Source of the DNA: Cyanophora paradoxa CCMP329
Taxonomy: Eukaryota > Plantae > Glaucophyta
Length of the DNA stretch: 25,491 nt
Direction: 5' to 3'
Assembly: GCA_004431415.1 (NCBI GenBank)
Contig: QPMI01000426.1
Location: forward strand, 1-25,491
The notes beneath the pieces were generated by a model that had not been told where the DNA came from, searched no databases, and was given only the letters and a program-made list of their open reading frames with translations. Both the position numbers and the translations under genes were made by a program. This document shows positions 18,105 to 25,491 of this stretch, piece after piece; the stretch's first letter is position 1; every line of letters begins with the position of its first letter.

Positions 18105-20021
18105 CCTCTGATTGGCTTCCAGAACCCACCATAATTTGTTTTAATCCATGCAAGCTCTGCCCTTCCATAGTTATCATTTGCAGTTCCACTATGGAATATA
18201 GGAATACTTATCTCGACTGAAACTATATTGGTCTTGAGCCATCTAAGCTGCTTACATCTGCTACATGAACCTGTATAGCAGAGTTGTAATTTTGGTAGGT
18301 TGCTGGGTCTGTTGGACTCTGAATGTATCTGTGGAATGTCAGCCTCCATGTAGCTTGACACAAAGATATTTGGTATGGTTGCTCCTGGTGGTGGTGGGGT
18401 TTCAAAAGAGCTGGTAATGTCTAATATGAAGTGGTCCTCTCATAGCTGAATTTGCAAGTGTCCCATTCACATGTACATAGTGTTCATTCAAAAAGATTCT
18501 TTCTGGGACATTACAAGTCTGATAAAGAGAAACCCCCAGTTATCAAGAGGCTCTACCTTTGCGAATTCTGGTTGGTCATTGATCTCATCCCAAGTATGTT
18601 CATGTTTGCTTGGTGGGAACTCAGTTGGAATCCCATCAATTTCACCCCAATCATGCCTGTGATCCTCTGGTGGATACTTTGAGGTTTGCCTAAGATCTCA
18701 TCCCAATCATGATTGTGATCCTCTGGGGATACTTTGCAGGTTTATTATTATTTGTTCATATCAGGAAAGAACTCCCAGATCTCAGGTCGAAATCCATCTG
18801 TAACAATTCCTCATGGGGTTCATAAGGTTGCTCATAGTCAACAGCTGGTGGATCATGCCCATCTGGCAAATACTCCTCATCAGGTTCATAGTTCTGCTCA
18901 TACTCAAACTCTTGTGGATCTAAGCCATCTGGTAATATTTCCTCCTCATTGGGGTCAAATTGATCATACTCAACTCTTGTGGGTCGAAACCATCTGGTAA
19001 ATACTCTTCCTCATCTGGAACGAATTGATATTCTTCAAGCTCTAATATATCGACTTCAGGAGGTAAATACTGCTCATCTATTTGCTTTCTGGGTTCAATT
19101 ATAGGTTTATTGCGAACTTGCTCCCAACTTACAATATGCTGCCAAAGGCTAATCTTCAGTTGCTGTGTATTCTCTTCCAGGCTGCTTCTTTTGGTGTTAA
19201 ATCGGGTGGTCCATTGGAATGGAATAGGGAATGGACTGTTGGTCCATTGGGACCATAATGCTCGATTATTTCCCTTAGAGTTTTCTCACTCACAAGTTTC
19301 TCCCCATTTGCATACACATTGCTGCATGGATATTTCGCCATTGCTGGTTCGAATTCCAAGTCTTTCACATTGCTATACAAAGGCAAGAGGTGCCTATCCA
19401 TTTCGACTAAATCAGGGTGTAAATGGATGCTACTGGTTGACTGGGGCTACTGTTGATTGTAATTGATGGCTTTTTTTGATGGACATCTTTTGGAGTAAAA
19501 ACCCAAAAGGCTCATTCCTCGCAAAGTCATATGTAATATCCTTGGGTATACATCATTTGTGTAGGAGACCTGATTTGTGTTGGCAATGGGACCCACTTGC
19601 AATACTTGGGGGACCTCAGCTTTGCAGTGCTGCCCTCATTGTAAATTCGCAAAGCTGTGTTCTGTTTGCCCTGCTCATCTTGAACATTGAAAATCAATCG
19701 ACCACTATCGAACCTGGAAGGTATATCTGGGTGGTGCCACTGGTTTTTAGTTTCCTAGGTCTCCTTCTTGTTGCTTTGATCTCTGCCACTTGGTTTGCTT
19801 TCACATTACCCAAACTAAAGCAACACTGACTCCTCTTTATCTGGATCGGTTTGATTCACAGATAAAGCATGCTCCCTTGATTGAGTCTTTGATGAATTAT
19901 CAGAGCTGTGGTCAATTGAAACTGAACCCTTTACTTTAATATTATCAAAGTTCACATGCTTGGTGCTGCTTGCATTATCATCTTGAATGGTTTCTAGATT
20001 TGGTGGGTAATTGAAGCTCAT
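18105..20021 (-). CDS. Proximal part of the element B fibre gene (heavily frameshifted): conserved N-domain, acidic repeats, KPxxYPPxxHxHxWxEI repeats
   Basis: ATG 20021 (MSFNYPP); NQVAEIKATR and IPSRFDSGRLIFNVQDEQG match the element A fibre; manual translation of ~18575-18745 gives KYPPEDHNHDWDEI, KYPPEDHRHDWGEI, EFPPSKHEHTWDEI. Continuity with 16776-18104 is inferred. Confidence 0.55.
18794..19020. repeat. Four degenerate ~66-bp coding repeats (acidic PDEEYLPDGxDP units on the minus strand)
   Basis: CCATCTG anchors at 18794, 18859, 18925 and 18990 (spacing 65/66/65). Confidence 0.8.
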
Positions 20022-20064
20022 GGCTTTTACTATATGGATTTATAAAATTCCTGATAAGTAAAAG

Positions 20065-21617
20065 ATGCCTCTCAAGGTCGTTTTAAGTCTTTCTGGCGGG
20101 GGTGCAAGGGGCATTATCATAACCAGGCTGCTAAAGAAATCGAAAATCGAACTGGCAGGAGAATAATCGATCTTGTGGATCTTGTGAGTGGAACTTCCAC
20201 TGGTGGGATCATTGCAATAGGTTTGAATATAAGGCATCCTGATAGACCAGGTGAACCTAAACTGACAGCAAACGATTTACACAATATTTACCTAACTCAA
20301 CTGCCCTTGATTTTCGCAAATCCTCGAAATATAATCGAAAATGCCCTTTTAATACAAAGTATGATGTGGGACCCTTGGAGACTGCAATCAATTCAGTTAC
20401 TGGTGAATCACTAATACAGGATTCCCTAAAGGACATTGTGATTACATCCTTTGATACTCAGAATATGAAACCAATATTTATCACAAATGACAACAATTAC
20501 AACTTTATGCCTTGTAAGATTGCTGCTAGGGCTACTTCTGCTGCTCCTACATATTTCTCTCCTGTAAGCATTGTTGATTTCAATCGGGGAGTATATGTCT
20601 GTCTCATTGATGGTGCCATTTCGGGAAACAATAATCCCAGTGTGTGTGGTTACAGCCATGCAAAGAAGATTTACAGTGATGATGATGATATAATAGTAAT
20701 AAGCATCTCTTGTGGAGAGGTGGACCCACATTTAGAGTCTGATTATGTGGGTTATGCTTATGAGACTGTAAACAGCTGGGGCATTCTCTCATGGATTGCC
20801 TCAACAGATGGAAGCCCATTGATTAACATGCTCATGGCTGCAAGTGAGCTTTCTGCCCTTGATAAGATGGAGGAGTTGTTACCCTACAACTATGATCAGG
20901 ATTATGGGAGATACTATAGGCTATCAGTCCCACTTCCAAATCATATAGTAGCTCCCTGGATGACACTTCTAAAATCCCAGATATGCTTTCTTTCACAGAA
21001 ACATACATTGCAGCAAACAATGATATGATCAATAAGCTTTGCAGCCTACTAGTAGCAAACTATGAACTAAAGAACCCTTCAAAGGCTTACATTTCATCCA
21101 CTCTCACTACATCACCACCTTTGGATGCTAATTGGTATCAGCTTGCAGATGATGCCTTCACTGCCTCATCCTCTGTGACTGGTAAAGAGCCTTTCATGGC
21201 TAGACCTTCAGCATTTGGCTGGGAAGCTGGAGCCTATGCTCCTGAGCAGATATGGGAAACCCCCACTGAATACCTTCAAGTTGCTTTCCATATACTTTTG
21301 AACTCTCTTCTGTGATTGCCTATGGATCAGGGGACACCAATGCTTTTATTAAGACTTTCAATGTGGCAACATCCACTGATGGGATCAACTGGTCTTTTAT
21401 TCGATCAGATGGGCAGAACAAAATATATGTCTGTGAGAACATTAACAATGCTCACAACTCAGGTGATATGGCTCTATTGAGTGGATTTCCTCTCAGCATC
21501 AAGGATGCTTTTTACATAGGTTATTCTCTCAGAATCAAATATATTCGCATTTATCCCCTTGTGTATGTGAATGCTCCCACAATGAGAGTTGATTTCACAG
21601 GTGCCTTTATTCGATAA
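20065..21617 (+). CDS. Patatin-like phospholipase fused to F5/8 type C (discoidin) domain, element B (frameshifted)
   Basis: MPLKVVLSLSGGGARGII, DLVSGTSTGGIIA, AARATSAAPTYF, LIDGA. ORF 20983-21315 carries the last patatin helix and the discoidin start (FTASSS...AR...GWEA...EYLQVAF) in one frame; then IKTFNVATSTDGINW...KYIRIYP...MRVDF. Confidence 0.9.
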
Positions 21618-22537
21618 ACTCCAACTGAAAAGAATTATCGATTCCATTCATATCAATCAGTTCACCAAAGTAATCTTTAAACTCAACTGTGAGTTCCCTT
21701 ATCACCAGGTTTCTGTCATTGATTTGAATAAATTCTGCATGCTCACCACTATGGTAAACATAGCCCCTATATCCTTACTCAATTGCAATCTAAGGATAGC
21801 TCCCTGGTTTGTGGTTGCGATTTTGGAATTATATTGTGTCTGCTGGCAAAGGGGGACAGCTCTTTAATATGCATGTACAGATACTGCTCAGCATTCATAT
21901 CAGACATCTTCCTGCTGTCAAAATAATATTGCAAGGGCTTAGAGGAGAGTCTGGGTCCTGAGAAGGTGATTCCCCATGCTGGGTGATCAGGTGTAATAGG
22001 TTTGCCATCATACTTTAAAAGGTTCTCAGGTCGATAGGGAGATCCACCAACAGGAGGAGTGCTATAATACCCATTGGTGTATTCAGTAGAACTCACACCC
22101 AAAAGCTTCCCTATTCTCTGGTTGCTTGCAATAAAACGAAACTCATGGTTACTGTAAAACTCCACTTTATAGGTAGTTGGGTTATAGAATATCTTGAACT
22201 CAAAAGCTACTGTTTTGCCTGCAATGGTTTGGAAGCTTGAATAGTTCAGCCCATAATTATAAGGGTGTGTTACCCCAAAATGACCCTGATTGATGTAGCC
22301 ACTGGGAAGGGGATACACTTGTTGTGTGATCACTTGGTTATATGAACCATCTTGGTAATTAAACTGAACTGTTAGATGATCAGTTCCCACACTGTTATAG
22401 ATGCTGTTTGGAATCTCTGCATATAGAACCCTGCATTCCCTTGGTCTCTCTACTGGAGTTGTGAGGGTGACCCTGTAAGAGTTTTCATTTTGTCCTTGGC
22501 TTCTATCCCTGCTATCAATATTAACGAGCCGGTTCAT
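21607..22537 (-). CDS. Minor capsid (penton-like) protein 1 of element B
   Basis: VNIDSRDRS...YRVTL...YAEIPNS; YLYMHIKEL; after a frameshift RELTVEFKDYFGELIDMNGIDNSFQLEFIE* (stop 21607-21609). Confidence 0.78.
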
Positions 22538-22566
22538 TTTAATATATAAATATAGATAAAAGAAGA

Positions 22567-23576
22567 ATGCCTGTGGATTACATCGAGGTTAGCTCATTTA
22601 ATACAATCTCTGGTGATGGTCCCACATCAAGCTTTGTGGCTCGACTCCCCAGTAGTTATGAGAATGTGAGGGCTGTGAGACTGGTCTCAGCCGAATTTTA
22701 TAACAGCATCCCTATGGTGAGTGGTGAAACCAAAGCAGGAGATGTCACAGTTGATAACACATTTAGTATTTATTATTCGGAACAAACTCCAGGAGCTGGA
22801 AGCTCAGGAATTCCAACAACTCGCCCAGCTGCTGATTTTGAACAATGGAAACAATTCATGGTAAATCGCGAGACCCCCATCCAAAGCCACCAACAGCTGG
22901 TGAATGTAATCAACTCAAATTCATTGGCAGAACTCCCCAACCATCCATTCGCTGCAAATGGGATGAGTCACTGAAACGAATTATATTCCACTCGGCAGTG
23001 CCTTTTTACCTGGCTTTCTCACTTGCTGTAAACCCAAGCCAACAAACAATCCAAAAGCTATTGAGTTCAGCTAGACTGCTTGGTCTTGATCCTGGAAGAT
23101 ATGGGAATTCCCCAATCAAATCCCAAGTTTATGATGCTCTCACTGATGGAATCTTTACTGATGGTCGAGTGAATGGCATTATATCTTCTTTTGAGCCTGA
23201 GAAGACCAGGGACAGTGTTTTGTTTGTGAGAGTAAAGGAGCTGGGTGATCTGGTTCAATGTGGGGATGGTCTTCTGACTGGTTACTTTCATAAAATAGTG
23301 GTTCCTGACAAAGATTATGGTGAGCATGTTGTTTACAATTCAACAGAGGCTCATCCACTTTATAAATACTATAACAAAAAGGTTGGATTATCCACTTTCT
23401 CGGTTGATATTGTTAATGCTGTAAATGAACCAATTGATTTTGAGGGTCAACCTGTTCATCTGACCTTTGAAATTCGCTATGGTGATGAGCCAGCAGGAGA
23501 CCCAGTTTATGAATACTTTAAGATGAGAATGTCGCAGCTTCACCCTTCCTATCCAGTTATTACAAGCTTCGCATAA
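22567..23576 (+). CDS. Minor capsid (penton-like) protein 2 of element B (one frameshift near 22900-22970)
   Basis: FVARLPSSYENVRAVRLVSAEFYN; LFVRVKEL...GYFHKI; IVNAVNEPIDFEGQPVHLTFEI; orthologous to 4208-5131. Confidence 0.75.
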
Positions 23577-23629
23577 ATTAAGGATCATTGGTAGATTTTT
23601 TATGTTGCAGTATAATAAAAGAGAATATA

Positions 23630-24996
23630 ATGGATATCACTTCCACTCTTCAAAGACTTTCGCTGAAAGAAGCCCTAACAACCCCAGAGGAGGCGAAAGC
23701 CTTTTTCCTGGATAACTCCCTTATGCTTGGTCTCGAATCCAAGTCTAAGCCAGTTCTAGTTGTTGTGAATCCCAGCAATACTTTTGAGAATAATGTTGGA
23801 AATCGCATTTCCTTCAAGCTACCTCGCTACAATTTCTGTGGAAAACTCGAACTTGCTTTCGACCTTCCAGCCATCACTTTTGCTGGTGATACTGACCTAG
23901 TTCGCAATGGATACACTCGCCCAGTTGGTGCTTTAGTTCAGCGACTTGAAATTACCTATGGATCTTACACCTACCATATTCCATCTGATTTCCTTGCTCA
24001 TTTCCCCTGGTCTATTATTCGGAGGATCAACTAGCTAAAAAGAAGCGATCAATGGGCATGGTTCATGGCATTCCTGCTCATGGAACCAACCGCCTTGGTG
24101 GCTCATTTTTCGTTGAAATTCCTGTGCCTTGGCTAAATCACTACCTTCCCCTTGGTGCTTTATCTGGTGAAATGGTTGTTACTGTTTGGTTTAAGGATGC
24201 TGGAAAGGGTTATGTTGAAACTTCCTATGGTGGTCGTGGTCTTACTGTTGCAGCAGCTGATGTAGATTATTCAAAAGATGATGGTCTTGGAACTGCCCCT
24301 GCTGAAACTGTTCTGGCAAATGTTGGTCAAAACATCACAGACTTTACTCTTGGTGCAACAACCCCTGTCATTTCTATTACTTCTCCTCGCCTTTACATGC
24401 ATGCTATTAATGTTTCTGATGAGCTTTTCGCTACTGTAATTGAAAAAGTAAAGACTACTGGCATGGCTATTCCCTCCCTTGATATTGGATTTGTAGATGC
24501 TAGTGCTTTCCCTGCCAAGGGCAATGCCCAACCCAATCGAATTAACCTCTCTCAAATCTCAGGTCTTGTTTATGCTCTGCTTGTTTCAGTTCGTGATAAT
24601 GCAACTGTTGATAAATCCACTGGCTCCCACAGTGTTCTTAAGACCTATGCCAACTCCAAAGATATTACTTTCACTGTTGAAATTAATGGACAGCGACTTT
24701 ATGCCACTGAGCCAATTTCCCTACTCAAAGGTGCTGAGCTAATTGCTGATGCCTTCAAATGCTCTAACATGGATAAGGTTGCTGATCGCTATGTCCTTTC
24801 AGGTTTAAGTTTCTGCATTGATGGAGAGAAGGCAATTCGAAATATCGCCAGTGGATTTGTTGACCTGACAAATTCCTCATCTTCATTCCTCACCCTGTAC
24901 ATGCCTTCAGATAAGGTAATCGATGTTAATGTTCGCGCTCTCATGCATTCCTATATAATTTTGGACAAAGATGGGCTTCGTCGTATAAATCTTTGA
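23630..24996 (+). CDS. Major capsid protein (double jelly-roll) of element B (one frameshift near 24020-24050)
   Basis: ATG 23630; GNRISFKLPRYNFCGKLELAFDLPAI...LVQRLEI; YLPLGAL; VKTTGMAIP, RINLSQISG and DGLRRI are all matched in the element A MCP; ~455 codons. Confidence 0.8.
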
Positions 24997-25069
24997 TAAC
25001 CTTACGATAAACAGTAAGGCATTTAAAGAAAAAATGATTATTTATTTTTGAAAACATTTAAAAAGCAAA

Positions 25070-25491
25070 ATGCCCCTCACAATTAATGAGTTTGTAGATC
25101 GTGCAAATGCCAAGCATAATGGTAAATTCGATTATTCGAAGGTTCAATTTACAAAATGCAAGGATAAAGTTCTCATTTCTTGTCTGACTTGCAGTACAAT
25201 ATTTGAACAGCGTGTGGATCACCATCTAAGAGGGTCAAGCTGTAAAAAATGTAGTTTTCAGCGGTTGGGAAATGAACGCAGAAAAGAGCTGGAAACATTT
25301 ATAGAGCAATCAAGAAAAACACATGGAGACAAATATTGTTATAATAAAGTAGAATATGTGAAAGCTCACACACCAGTTTGTATAGATGCAACTCTTGTAA
25401 CAAAGAGTTCATGCAACCCCAATCATTCATATTCGAAATACTGGTTGCCCATTTTTGTAGATCTTCAAAAGTGAGGAAGAGGTGTGCAAAG
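25070..25491 (+). CDS. Zinc-ribbon-repeat endonuclease orthologue of element B (truncated by window edge)
   Basis: FVDRANAKHNGKFDYSKV...CLTC...HHLRGSSCKKC; HGDKYCY; same position after the MCP as in element A. The nuclease domain is not visible. Confidence 0.75.

Larger units (their letters stand above)
11892..25491. mobile_element. Polinton-like/virophage-like dsDNA virus element B (right end outside window)
   Basis: Same gene order as element A for fibre, patatin-discoidin, two pentons, MCP and endonuclease; distinct base composition. The left boundary could extend to the repeats at 11220. Confidence 0.8.

Noticed and set aside
18452-19829. Plus-strand ORFs 18452-18682, 18734-19000, 19110-19466 and 19476-19829 as genes
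   Set aside because: Antisense shadows of the minus-strand fibre gene, whose frame shows homology to element A and coherent repeats.
1-25491. Tailed prophage or bacterial CBASS-type patatin defence locus
   Set aside because: No terminase, portal, HK97 capsid or cyclase; the A32-like ATPase, pentons and DJR-type MCP point to a eukaryotic DJR virus despite phage-like fibre parts.

Overview
The window holds two related but distinct small dsDNA-virus elements in the same orientation, most likely Polinton-like/virophage-like (Bamfordvirae). A ~1.2 kb AT-rich, hairpin-rich spacer (~10680-11890) separates them. Element A (<1 to ~10690, CpG-rich) and element B (~11890 to >25491, CpG-poor) share one syntenic morphogenesis cassette: fibre gene (-) / patatin phospholipase fused to an F5/8-type-C (discoidin) domain (+) / two head-to-head penton-like minor capsid genes / double-jelly-roll major capsid protein / zinc-ribbon-repeat endonuclease. 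A continues with an A32-like packaging ATPase and small orphans, one with two AT-hooks. B adds a prokaryote-type AdoMet decarboxylase and four paralogous spike-like genes with a common N-terminal module and swapped C-termini (two gC1q). No polymerase, primase-helicase, integrase or protease is visible. Most genes are split by single-base frameshifts (probably long-read indel error; decay not excluded), so many coordinates are reconstructed by hand. Family assignments rest on motif recognition only, with no database search.
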